Shown here one piece after another: positions 14,201 through 29,799 of a stretch of 64,000 bases of DNA; the stretch's first letter is position 1, and each line of letters opens with the position of its first letter. The notes under the pieces were generated by a model. That model did not search any database. It had not been told where the DNA came from and was given only the letters and a program-made list of their open reading frames with translations. The stretch comes from the human T2T-CHM13v2.0 reference genome, Homo sapiens. The position numbers and the translations under genes are program-made. The stretch lies in NCBI RefSeq assembly GCF_009914755.1, contig NC_060934.1. One strand, written 5' to 3'.

Positions 14201-17200
14201 GCAATTCTGTGTCCTTTAACAACTCTCCTTGTCCGCCATTTTCTCCTAATTTTTCCAGCTCCTAGTTTCCTTTGTTTGACTTTTTAATTCTATGTGATCA
14301 ATTTTGTTTTCAGCCTCCACATATGAGTGAGAACATGCAGTGTACAACTTTCTGTTTCTGGCTTATTTCACTTAACATAATGTCCTTCAGTTCCATCTAT
14401 ATCGCCACAAACAACAGAATTCCATTTTCATGACTGAATAATATTCTATTTTGTATATATACCACATTTTCTATATCCATTCATCTGTTTTTGAATCCAT
14501 ATCAACACCCAGGTTGATTCCATATCTTGGCTATTGTGAATAGTACTGCAATAAACATGGGGAGACAGATGTCTCTTCAATATACTGATTTCCTTTTCTT
14601 TGGTTAAATGCCCAGTAGTGGGATTGCTGGATCATATAGTCATTTTCTTTTTAGTTTTTTTCGTGAAACTTCATACTGTTCTCCATAGTGGATATTCTAG
14701 TTTACATTCCCACCGACGGTATACAAGAGTTCCGTTTTCTCTGTATCCTCACAACCATTTGTTATTTTTTGTCTTTTTGATAAAAGCTATTCTAACTGGA
14801 GTAAAAAGATACCTCATTGTGGTTTTGATTTGCACTTCCCTGATGATTGGTATGTTGAGCATTTCTTCATATATTTGTTGGCCATTTGTATGTCTTCTGT
14901 TGAAAAATATCAGTTCAAATCCTTTGCCCATTTTTTAATCCCATTGTTTGGTTTTTGCTGTTGAGATGTTTGAGTTCCTTGTGTATTTTGGATAGTAATG
15001 CCCTATTGGATGAATAGTTTGCAAATATTTTCTCTCCTTCTTTAAGTTATCTTTTCACTCTGTTGATTATTTCCTTTACTGTGCAGAAGCCTTTCAGATT
15101 GATATAAGTTTATTTGTTTATTTTCACTTCTGTTGCCTGTGTTTTTGAGGCCTTATTCAAAAAATCTTTTCCTAGGCTGATGTCTTGAAGCATTTCCTCA
15201 ATATTTTATTATTGAGTTTTGCAGTTTGGGGTCTTACATTTCGATCTTTGATCGATTTTGAGTTTTTTCTTTTTCTCTTTTTTTTTTTTTTTTTTTTTGT
15301 AGGGTGAGAGGTGGAAGTCTAGTTTCATTCTGCATATTGGTACCCAGTTTTCCTAGCACCATTTATTGAAGGGACTGTTCTTTCTCCAGTGAGTGGTCTT
15401 GGCACCTTTGTGAAAAATCAGTTGGCTATAGATAAGAGGATTAATTTTGAGTTCTCTAGTCTGGTCTATTTTTTTCTGTGTCTTTTATTATGCCAGTTTC
15501 ATGCTGTTTTGGTTACTACAGCTTTGTAGTATATTTTGCAGTCTGGCAGTGTGATGCCTTCAGGTCCACCCTACCACCCACCACCAGGATTGCTTTAGCT
15601 ACTCAAGATTTTTTATGGTTCCATACAAATTTTAAGATTTTTATTTATTTTTCTGTGAAGAAGGTTATTGATATTTTGATAGGGATTGCATTAAATCCAT
15701 AGATTGCTTTGGCTAGTATGAACATTTTAACAGTATTAATTCTGATCCATGAGTATAAGATGTCTTTCAGTTTGTATCTTACTCAGTTTTTTTCATCAGT
15801 GCTTTGGGGTTTTCGTTGTAGAGGACTTTCACCTCCTTTGTTGAATTTATTCCAGGTATTTTATTTTATTGTAGCTATTGTAAATAGAATTGCCTTCTTT
15901 ATTTCTTTCTCAGCTAGTTTATCGTATGTGTATAGAAATGTTATTGATTTTTGTATGTTGATTTTGTATCCTGCAACTTTACTGAATTCATTGATTAATG
16001 TTAAGGGTTTTTGTGGAGTCTGTAGTTTTTCTCTATATAAGATCATGCCCTCTGCAAGGCTGTAAACAGGGACAGTATGATTTCCTCCTTTCCAGTTTGG
16101 ATGCCCTTTATTTGTTTCTCTTGCCTAATTGCTCTGGCTAGGACTTCCAGTACTACGTTGAAAAAGATTGGTGAGGTTGAGTATCCTTGTCTTATTCCAG
16201 GTCTTAAAGGAAAAGCTTCAGATTTTACCCATTCAGTATGTTAGGTGACTGTCATATATGGCCTTTATTGTGTTGAAGTATGTTCATTCTGTAACTAATT
16301 TATTGAGAGTTTATATTATGAAGGGATGTTGAATTTTCTCACATGCTTTTTCTGCATCTGAGATAATCATAAGTTTTTTATCCTTCATTCTGTTGATGGT
16401 ATGTATGACATTTATTTATTTGCATCTTTTAAACCATCCTTGCATTTCTGGAAAAAAATCCCATTTGATCATGGTGTATTTTTGATGTATTGTTGGATTC
16501 AGTTTGCTACACTTTTATTGAAGATGTTTATGTCTATGTTCATCAGGGATATTTGCCTGTAGATTAATTTCTTGATTGTGTCCTTGTCTGGTTTTGACAT
16601 CAGGGTTATGCTTACTTCATAGAATGAGTTAGGAAGAGTTCTCTCCACTTCCATTTTTGGAATATTTTGAGAATAATTGATAATAAGTCTTTAAATGTTT
16701 GGTGGAATTCAGTGATAAAGCCCTCTTGTCCCATACTTTTGTTGGGAAACTTTTATTACTGATTTGATCTCATTACTTGTTATTGGTCTGTTAAAGTTTT
16801 TGAAATTTTGGGGCTTTCAATCTTGATAGATTTTATGTGTCCAGGAATTTATCCATTTTCTCTAGGTTTTCAAATTTACTGGTGTATAGTTGCTTATAAA
16901 AAACCCCCTTATGATCCTTTGTATTTCTGTGGTCTCTATTGTGATGTCTCTTTTACCATTTCTTATTTCATTTATTTGGTTCTTTTTTTTTTCCTTAGTC
17001 TAGGTAATGGTGTGTTGATTTTGCATATCTTTTCAAAAAAACAACTTTTTGTTTTATTGAGTTTTGCATTGCTTTTTTTTTTTGGTCTCAATGTTATGTA
17101 TTACTACTCTGATATTTACTATTTCTTCCCTTCTACTAATTTGGGGTTTGGTTTGTTCTTGCCTTTCTAGTCCCTTGAGATGCATCATTACATTGTTTAT

Positions 17201-18690
17201 TTGAAATATTTCTAGTTTTTTTGATATAGGCATTTCTTGCCATCAACTTGCTTCTTAAGAATGCTTTGCTGTGTCCCATAGGTCCATAAGTTTGGTTATG
17301 TTGCATTTCTATTTTCATATGTTTTAAGAAATTTTTAAATTTCATTTTACATTTCTTTCTTCAGTCATTGGTCATTCAGTAGGATGTGGTTTAATTTGTA
17401 CACATTTTTATAGTTTCAAATGTTCCTCCTGTTAATTGATTTATAATTTTACTCCATGTGGTCAGATAAGATACTTGATATAATTTAAAATTTTTTAATA
17501 TTTTGAGAATTTTGTAACATATCATCTATCCTGGGGAATGTTCCATATACTGATGAAAAGAATAGGTATTATGAAATTGTTGGCTGAAATGCTCTGTAAT
17601 ATCTGTTAGGTTCATTTGCTTGATGGTGTACTTTAAATCTAATGTTTCTTTGTTGATTTTTTTTTTGTCTAGTTGATCTGTTCAACACCGACAGTGGGAT
17701 GGATGTTGAAGTTTCCAGTTACTGGGATTTATCTCTCCCTTTAGATCTAATAATATTTGCTCTATATATCTGGGTGCTCTGGCATTAAATGCATATAGAT
17801 TTACAGTTATATTATTTTCCTGAATTGATACCTTTATTATTATATAATGTCCTTCTTTGTCTCTGTTTGGAGTTTATGACTTAAATCTTGTTTTGTCTGA
17901 TGTAACTATAGCTACTCCTGTTGGCTTTTGTTTTCCATTTGTGTGAAGTATCTTTTCCCATCCCTTCCTTTTCAGTCTGTGTGTGTCTTTACGGCTCAGG
18001 TGAGTATCTTGTAGCCAGCATATGGTTGGGTGTTGTTTTTTTTTTTCTCTTTAATCCATTTAGCCAATCTATATTTTTCAAATGAGAAATTTAATCCATT
18101 TTAACTCAAGGTTATTATTGACAGGTGAAGACTTATTCTTGTCATTTGATTCATTTTTTTCTTGTTGTTTTGTATATCCTTTGTTCCTTTCTTCCTCCCT
18201 TGTTTATTTTTGTGGTTGGGTGGTTCTCTATGGTGATAACATTTGATTCATTTTTCTTTTTCCTTTCTGTATTAACGCTGCTGGTGACTTTTATAGTGTT
18301 GCATGTTTTCATGATTCTAATTATTTTTTCATTTTCAAATGTGTGACTTCTGGGAGCATTTCTTCTAAGGCCAGTCTACTAGTGATGAATTCCCTTAGCT
18401 TTTGCTTGTTTATGACAGATTTTATTTTTCCTTCATTACTGAAGGATAGTTTAGCTTGCCATAATATTATTAGCTGACAGGTCCCCTCTTCTACTTTTGG
18501 TACTTTGACTATATCACCCCATTCTTTCATGGTCTTCAGATTTCTGCTGAGAAATCCACTTTTATTCTAATGGGGGTTCCCTTATGTGTGACTTGACACT
18601 TTTCTCTTGCTGTTTTTAGAATTCATTCTTTGTTTTTTGCTTTTGACAGTTTGGCTATAACGTGCCTCAGAGAGGATGTGTTTTGGTTGA

Positions 18691-19090
<400 letters not shown>

Positions 19091-20434
19091 TAAATAGATT
19101 TTCTGTACCTTTTGATTTCTCTTTCCTTTCTGAAATACCCATAATATGAATAGTTGTTAGCTTAATGGTCCCTCATAAATCGTTTAGGCTTTCTTCATTA
19201 CTTTTTATTATTTTATCTTTTTTTCCTCTCTTTGTCTGCCTGTGTTATTCAAAAGAGCTGTCTCCAAGATCAGAAATTCTTTCTTTTGTTTGGTTAGTCT
19301 GTTGTTGAAGTTCTCAACTGTGTTTTTAAATTTATTAATTAAATTCTTGAGCTCTAAAATCTATTTGATTCTTAATATCTGTCTCTTTGTTGAATTTCTC
19401 ATTCAAATCATGAATTGTTTCCCGGATTTGTTTAAATTGTCTATCTGTAATCTCTTATATCTCACTGAATTTACTTAGAATTATTACTTTGGATTTTTCT
19501 TTGGACATTTTGAACGTTCATTTGGACGTGTAGTGTTGTCTTGTTTTTCATGTGTTTGATGTGTCCCAGTGTTGATTTCCATTCATCTGGTGGAACAGTT
19601 ATCTCTTCCAATTTTATTGTATAGGTTGGATAGGGAAAGATTTTACTGATGTATGTGGGTCTTAGGATGTTGGTTTATAGGAGTGTGTTGACTTTTATTG
19701 TAGGTTAGTGCAGCAGTGTAGTCTCCGTGTAGTTTCTTCAGCTGTAATCCATGCTAGTGATGTTCGCTAGTATCTTAGTGGCCTAGGCTGAGGATTTGTG
19801 TTGTTGGTGGTGTAACTTTGCCAGACATCGGCTTGTCAGGCTGTTTCTCAGGTTAGGAGCATGTACATGCGCACGGTGAGTTGGCCAATTTGAGGTCCGG
19901 CTCACAGGGATTTGGACCATGGGGCTGTTACTCTGGCTGGGGGCATGGGTGCACAATTTCCTGCCCAGGCTGGGGGCATGCCGGCCAGGTGTGGCCCATG
20001 GGGCTGTTTCTTAGTCCTGGTACATGGCTGCCTGGCTTCTCAGCTGGCCTGAGTGTATGTCTGTTGGAGGTGTTTTCCCAGGCTTTTTCTCAGGTCCATG
20101 ATTTGGGTGTAAGGCTGTTTGGCCAGCCTGGGTGTGTGTCTATCAGGGGCAGCCAATAAGGCTATTTTTCAGACTTGGGATGTGGGTGCACAGTTGCTTG
20201 TCCAACCTGGGGGCTTGTCTGCTAGTGACAGCCCTCAGGGCCATTTCTCAGGACCAGAATGGGGTTTCACAGCTCTTGGTTCAGTCCAGGAATGTGTCTA
20301 TAAGTGGCAGCCCATGGGTCTGTTTTTCAGGCCTAGAACATGGGCACATGGCTTCTTAGCTAACTTAGGTACATGTCTCCTGGGGGTGGCCTGGGACATG
20401 AGAACACAGCTGCTCAGTCAGTTTGAGGTCAAGC

Positions 20435-22327
<1,893 letters not shown>

Positions 22328-23663
22328 TGTACCTGCCTGGGGCAGCCCACGGGCTGTTTCCTAGGCCCTTATGAGTATGGGCATGGGGCTTTTGGGCAGG
22401 ACAGAGTCATTTGTGCAAGAAAGTGGGTACAAAGGAACTGTTTCTCAGGACCTGGGCGTGAGTATATAGTGGCTCTCCTTGCCTAAGAGCATGTCAGCTG
22501 TTCTGTGGCACAAGGAGACCTCTCCCATTTGGGGAAGGGCCACAGCATTTTGGCTGTCTCAAAGGCAGGTTCTTCCTGGGTGGGACTGCCAGACTGTTCC
22601 TCCAGCTAGAAGTGTGGGTGGCAGGAGTTGGTTTTCCTACCGTCCAGGGCCAGAGTCATAGCTAATCCTGGGCCTAGGCTCTTCACAGCTTGGGTTATGG
22701 CATTCAGCCACCCATGTGGGCTTGGTGTAATGAAGATGGAGCCCCACTGCTGGATAAAAGTGTAGTGCCTACTGGCACCTAGAGGAGGGCATACTCCAGA
22801 TGTGGCTCTGGTCTCAAGATGGTGCCATGCTGCAACAGCTTGGCTTACAAAGCCTGGGTGGGGGTGAGGGAGTGCGCATGTTGTGTTCCTAATCTAGAGC
22901 AATGCAGCCATGTGAATTCATGGCAGCTCTTCAAACTGAGCTCTGGGCTTGCAATGACTATGGGATTCTCTGTAATATGAATTATCCTTATTTGTGATGG
23001 CAATGGGGGCTGCTAGTGTTCTTCCATTTACCTTTTCCCTACAGGGGGAAGTCCCTCCTGTCTCCAGGTCAATCCAATGTGTGTAGAGGAGATGAGGCTG
23101 CAGAGGTCAGGTGCCTCCCTGCTGCCCTCCTGGGCTTCCAGTCACCATGGGTGCCTCACTATTTCAGTGCATTCCCTTTGACACTCCAATGAAATTTTAG
23201 CTGTTTGTTCATTGCTTTGTCCCCTTCGTCCATCTATATTATTTTATTTTGTTAAAGTTTTGCTTTTTAAAATGTTACTATTCAAGAAAATAAAAATGAA
23301 ACAGTTAAGAAATTAATAAAATTAACTTTGTATTATTCAAGCACATAATACTGCCAATATTTGAACATTTTTAGCCTACAAAAATGACAGTTTCATATGG
23401 TTCAACCTATGATTTTATAAGTAATTTCTGCTGTTGTGATTACTGCACAGTACTTAAGAATTAAAACACTCTCATCCATATCATGATATATTATTTAATT
23501 TAGAGGCTGAATTTCCTTCTAGATGTACCAGTGTTTATCAAATTATAATTTTAATAATTTCATAAACATTTCTAAATTAATCTATTCATAGGCTTGTTTT
23601 ATAAGCCTAGGCCTTTTACTATTTTTTGTAATCTTAGCAATGTTACAGCTATACATAAAAATA

Positions 23664-25866
23664 AGGGATTTTTAATCTCTGCACTGTTGACATTTCAGGT
23701 GTGCTAGACCATTTTTATGTTACTATCAAGAACTACCTGAAGCTGTGTAATTTATATAGAAAAGAGATTTAATTGGCTCACAATTCTGCAGGTTCATCAG
23801 GGAGCATAATGCTGGCATCTGCTACTGCTGTGGCCCTCAGAAAGCTTCCAATTATGGCAGAAGGCAAAGAAGGAGCAGGCATATCACATGGCAAGAGCAG
23901 AAACAAGAGGGGGTGGGAGAGGTCCCAGACTTTTAAACAACTAGATCATGTATGAAGTAACGGAGCAATAACTCACTTCTCACGAAGAGGATGATGCTCA
24001 ACCCTTCATGAGGGATCCACCCCCATGATCCAGTCACCTCCTACCAGGCTCCACCTCCGACACTGGGAACCACATATCAACATTAGACTTGGAAGGAACA
24101 AGCATCCAAACTGTATTATTCTGCTGCTGGCCCCCTAAATCTTATGTCCTCACATTGCAAAATATAATCCTCCCCTCCCAATAGTCCCCCAAAGTCTTAC
24201 CTCATTCCAGTGTCAAGTCCGAAGTCTTAAGTCTTATCTGAGAGTTGTCTTCTTCCACCTATCAGACTGTAAAATCAAAACAAGTTATTTACACCCAAGA
24301 TACAATGGTGGTATAAGCATTGGGTAAACATGACTATTCCAAAAGGGACAAATTGGCCAAAAGAACAGAGCTACAGGCCCCACATCAGTCCAAAATTCAT
24401 CAGGGCAGACATTAAACCTTAAAGATCCAAAATAGTCTCCTTGGACTCCACATCCCACATCCAGTGCACACTAGTGCAAGAAATGGTCTCCCAAGCCCAC
24501 TTGAGTAGCTCCACCCCTGTGGCTTTGCAGGGTGTACCCCCTGTGGCAGCTGTCATGGGTTAGGATAGAGTGACTGTGGCTTTTCTAGGCTCATGATGCA
24601 AGCTCCCTGTGGCTGTACCCTTCTGGGATATGGAGGGTGGAAGTCCCCTTCCTATAGCTCCAATAGACAATGACCTGGTGGGGACTCTTTGCAGGGGTGG
24701 CTTCAACCTGATATTTACCCTCTGTGCTGCCCCTATAGAAGTTATCTGTGAGGGCTTCACTCCTGTGGCAGCTTCTGCCTGGGCACCCAGACTTTCTTAT
24801 ACATCCTCTGAAATCTAGGAGGAAGCTGCCAAGCCTCTTTTACTCTTGCATTTCATGCACCTGCTGACTTTACACCACAGGGAAGCCACCAGGGATTATG
24901 GTGGCTTATGCTCTCTAAAGTGGCAACTTGAGCAGGATCTGGAGGCTTTTGAGCCAAAGATGGAGCCAGAGCAGCCAGGATGCAAAGAGCAGTGTCCCAA
25001 GGCTGCACAGGGTAGCAGAGACCTGGGGCTGGCCCCTGAAACTGTTCAGTCCTCCTACGCCTTTGGGCCTGTGATGGGAGGGGCTGTCCCAAAGGTCTCT
25101 GAAATGCCTTCGAGGCCTTTTGCCCTTTTTAAATACCCTTATAGCAATGTCCCACTCCTCTGTATCAATTTTCTGTGTTAGGCCACTTTTGCATTGCTAT
25201 AAAGAAATAACTGAAGCTGGATAATTTATAAAGAAAAGAGATTTAATTGGCTCATGGTTCTGCAGGCTGTACAAGAAGCATAGTGCTGGCACCTGCTTCT
25301 GGTGAGAGCCTTAGGAAACTTCCAGTCATGGTGGAAGGGAAAGGAGAAGCAGGCATATCATAGGATTATAGTGGTAGCAAGAGAGAGAGAGGTGGAGCAT
25401 CCCAGACTTTTAAACAACCAAATCTCATGTGAACTAACTAAGCAAGAACTCACTTATCACCAAGGGACTGTTGCTTGGTGTGATTTGCCCCTGTGATCCA
25501 ATCACCTCCTGCTATTCCTGAAGGATTTTCCCCCAGGATCCAATCACCTCCTGCTATTCATGAAGGATTTTCCCCCAGGATCCAATCACCTCCCACCAGA
25601 CCTCACTACCAACGCTGGGAATCACATTTCAACATGATATTTGGAGGGGACAAGCATTCAAATTACATCATTGGATGAGGTTATTCTTTGTTGCGTTATG
25701 TATCTTGTACATTGTAGCATGTTTAGTAGCATCACTGGCCTCTACCTACTAGATACCAGCAGCATATTATACATCCCAACTCTTGAGTTATGGCCATCAA
25801 AAATGTTTTAAGACATCACTAAATACATGTGGAGGAGCCAAAATCACCCTCATTTGAAAACCATTG
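23664..25866. mobile_element. MER20 hAT MITE split by a two-LTR MST element
   Basis: gcactgttgacattt (left piece) continues at 25671 as attctttgttg...ctggcctctacctactagataccagcagca...gaaaaccattg. Confidence 0.75.
23700..25670 (-). mobile_element. MST MaLR element: LTR (23700-24118), deleted internal region (~24119-25173), LTR (25174-25670)
   Basis: Two homologous MST LTRs flank MaLR-int sequence (ccccaaagtcttac...agatacaatgg...ggccaaaagaacagagctacaggcccc). Confidence 0.88.
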
Positions 25867-27279
25867 CTATAAATAGAAGAAAAATAAATACAAAATTATT
25901 TGGGAAAACAACACTAAAATTACATTAGTATCAGGCATGGAATTTTATCAGGTGTTGAAAATGAGCCTCGACTTACTATAATTTTATGTCTAAAAGAAAA
26001 TTTTAGGTGCAATGTGGAAGTCTCACAATTTGTATTTGACAAGACTTTTAAGCTTCACAATGGCAGGGTTTGCCAAAATCTGATTAATACAAATGTTAGA
26101 CTAAAACCAAATTTTATAAAATAATTTATGCACATTCAATTTAGTTTCATAGGTTTATCTCCGATATTCAAGATTTAGAAAACTTTATTTTTACTACTTC
26201 AAAAAAAATCAGAATTTTAAGGATTATCAGACAATTAATTCACTTGGATAATCTGGCTTATCAGGATGCTAAAACTTTGATATTGTTTAAGATGTTAGAC
26301 TTGGTAAATTTACTGAAGCTGGGAAAATACTTCATCTCAGTTTGCTTCTACACATTGTTGACTGGCATTTTTTTACATTAGATGTTAAGTCACTATAGTA
26401 GCCTCAAATGTATAATACAATGAATTTTCTTTATTTTCATATAACCCCTGAGTTACAGTAGTAAAACATGGCATTATATTAAGACAGAAAACACAAAAGA
26501 GATTTTAGGTAAAAAAAAAATTTATAATAGAAGACTGATATTACACTAGTAATATGATACAAGTGTATATTGTGAAACTGAATGCCCTATGAAAAACAAT
26601 GAGTAGGCTACAGGCAAAAATAAGTGTTTATGAGAACTGGAAGTCACAAATTTGATAGTCTCTCCAAATCGCAGCATTTTTACATTACAAGTTCTGTCAA
26701 CATGGTTTCATTAACTTTTAAAAATAAAGGGCATGACATTCTTTAAATTCCACCTTTGTGGTAATCACTAACAATAGATTCTGCCAGCACAATGCTATAT
26801 TGTCATTCTGCTGCTCGTTGACATGATAACTATTCCCCAAATGCTACCATGAGCCAAACACTGGTCAATCTGACTTCCTGTTGATTGAGGGAAGACTCAG
26901 AAACAATTAGGGAGACACAACTATGTCAGTCGATAAGGTATTGTCATCTGTACATCCTCAGGTGCAGTAAGTGGACATTTAAAATGCAGATAATGTTGGA
27001 ATTTTTATGCAAAAGAAGAAAGCAGAGTTTGGAACGTGATAGGATGTAGAATTGTTAAAAGATCTCAAGGAGAATAATAAATTAAAACAGTAGACTGCTG
27101 GAGTTATTGTAAAACAGTAGACTTTTACAATGGTTTTTAAACTGTGAGTTACAAACCACTAGGGAGTCATAAAGTTTATTTAGTGGATGATGACTAGCAT
27201 TTTTATTACTTCAGAGTGCATGGTATGTACTAGTGTTGCTTTGTGCACTTTTTCATATTCACATATATAAGGAATGGGT

Positions 27280-27408
27280 ATGATATCTATGTATGTGTGT
27301 GTGTATATATATATGTGTATATATATACATATGTGTATATATACATATATATGTGTATATATATATGTATATATACACATATATATATATACACATATAT
27401 ATATATAT
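27280..27408. repeat. Interrupted (TA)/(TG)/(CA) microsatellite
   Basis: Direct reading; abuts the Alu tail. Confidence 0.9.
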
Positions 27409-27587
27409 TTCTTTTTGTTTGATTTTTTTGAGATGGGGTCTCAGTCTGTTGCCCAGGCTAGAGTGTGGTGGCATGATCATAGCTCATTGGAGCCTCAACT
27501 ATCTGAGGCCAAGTGATCCTCCGACCTCACTCAGGCTTCCAAGTAGCTGGAACCACAGGCATGTGCCACCATGCCTGGCTAATTTAT
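27409..27587 (-). mobile_element. AluJ-type right arm / monomer
   Basis: gagatggggtctc...gatcatagctca...ccaccatgcctggctaattt. Confidence 0.85.
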
Positions 27588-28435
27588 AAAATATATCTTA
27601 ATGTGCATTGGAATAAAAAAAAGTTTGGAAACCATAATGAATGAATATAAATGTCTCCCTCCTAATTCATTTACACTATTCATTATAATTTTAATTTCTT
27701 TTTAAAGAAACAGATGATTTCTATTGTGTGCACTGAATAGTTAGACTTACATTATGGCTACAGATTGCCTCCTCATTAGCCAATTGATTACCTTAAAAAT
27801 GTGTGCAGTTGAATCCAAAGAGCAGAAGAAAATAATGTAAGAGAGACAAGGTGCACATCTTTCAATATAAGCACATATCAATCTAGTAATGTACTGGTAG
27901 TATTATCTCCATATTCAAAGAACAGTACATCATTATTGTGTGGAATTAATTATGAAAACACTTAAAGAAATTCCAATATGTCAGACATGTACCAGGCACA
28001 GAGAATACGAAACCCAAGTTCTGTTCTCTCCTCTTTAGAAACTTAAAATCTAATAAGAAATATGGCATTTATATTGTTTATTGTGAGGTTATTTAATAAG
28101 AAGGAAAATATGCAATGTTATTTGAGCAATAGAAGGGGCATCTATATCAGTCTAAGGGTTTTTGTCAATTTTTATCAAAATACTTTTCTGTATAAAGAAA
28201 ATTTATAGGAATGTCTTGAGCCAAGGAAGGATATCATTCATGTAGATTTGTTTGCAAGTATCTATCGATTCTGTTACTTGTAGCATTATAAGATGTGTTG
28301 CTGATAAAATTGTGATAAAAGTGTGGTTTAAAACTTTCCTTTTACTTCGCAATCCTTCCCCACTTCTCCTGCAGGTATATGTTTGTGAACTGAGGAGGCT
28401 GATAAGGTCAAGAGTTCCACTCATTCATCCCAGAC

Positions 28436-28765
28436 CAGGGGTTCCCAATCACCAGGCCATGGACTGCTCCATGGCCTGTTAGGCACCTGGACACAAAGCA
28501 GCAAGTGAGCAGTAGACAAGCGAGCATTACTACCTGAGCTCTGCCCCCTGTCAGATCCGCGGCATTAGATTCTCATAGGAAAGCAAACCCTATTGTGAAA
28601 TGCACATACAAGGGATCTAGCTTGGGCACTCCTTATGAGAATCTAATGTCTGATAATATGAGGTGGTACAGTTTCATCCTGAAACCATTTATCCCACCCT
28701 CAATCCATGGGAAAATTGTCTTCTACAAAACCAGTCCCTGATGCCAAAAAGGTTGGGGACTGCTG
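28436..28765. mobile_element. MER1B hAT-Charlie MITE
   Basis: Termini caggggttcccaa...ttggggactgctg; internal ttagattctcatagg / ccttatgagaatctaa inverted repeat; 8-bp TSD-like tcccagac/ccctagac. Confidence 0.85.
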
Positions 28766-29524
28766 CCCTAGACCCCTCATGCTCTGGTGGATTTATTTCC
28801 ATTGCCAGTTATCAGATTAGTTGATTTTGAACCTACTACATTTTAAAAGAATGATACTGATCAGGTTGTAATATTTGCATTCTGTTTACAGATGCAAGGA
28901 AAGCAAAAAGTAGGTTTATCCTGCCATTGAGGGCTGTTGTCAGCTTTTTAGAGCCACATCTTTAATAATGAGTATTCTCATTTATATCCTTAAGCTGCTC
29001 TTTAGAATTTGAAAGCATTGATAATCCTATAATCATCACAGATGCTAATCAATGCAGGTTTATCTGTGTATTTATTGGAGACATAGTATCTATTTGCTAT
29101 AAAATATAGGATAAGCCCCTGCTTATGAAAACTCTTAACCAGAAAGCTCAAATAGTCCAAATTAGTTTTGTGACAGTGGATACTGGTAACAGTGAGGAGG
29201 AGGAAAATCATCAGGAGCCCATAAATTTTTAAGCAATAGAATGAAATTTTATGTGTATTCAGTACTTCATTCTTTCAAAATTGACAATTGAGCTCTACAA
29301 CTTTTACAAAATAAATACCAGTAATTAAAATGCTCAAGTAATTGAAATGACACAAATCCCAAAGAATATGGAAAATTCAAATGTATTCTGTTAAAACAGA
29401 ATACATTATTATTAATGAGGCAGACAAATGCATTCAAAAGCATTTTGTTAAAGGTTAAAATTCTGTTAAATAAAACATAGTCCCATTTTACTTACATTTT
29501 TAATAAATATGAATATGGTGATAA

Positions 29525-29750
29525 TGACAATAATGGGTAACACTTGTTGGGCCCTTAGTACGTGTCAAGCATGAATTACCTGATTTAATCCTAACAACTC
29601 TATTAGAAAAATATTCTTATTTTACCTGATTTTACAGATTCAGAAATTGAGGCCTATGGAGGTTTAAGTCTATGTCACACAACTTGTAAATGGTACAGTG
29701 GAGATTAACTCTGACTACCAGATGTCTATTGCCAAAGCCCATTTGTGCAC
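29525..29750 (-). mobile_element. MIR
   Basis: tttaatcctaacaac...attttacagattcagaaattgaggc MIR core. Confidence 0.7.
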
Positions 29751-29799
29751 TTTTAGATACTTAACTGTTTCACATGTATGTTTGCATAAGATACTTTTG

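Noticed and set aside
25495-25593. Repeat-spacer-repeat pattern as a CRISPR-like array
   Set aside because: The spacers are near-identical, so it is a tandem duplication in a human LTR; no cas genes.
27180-27589. YI/HT-rich ORFs (also 5809-6055)
   Set aside because: Translations of dinucleotide microsatellites and Alu sequence.
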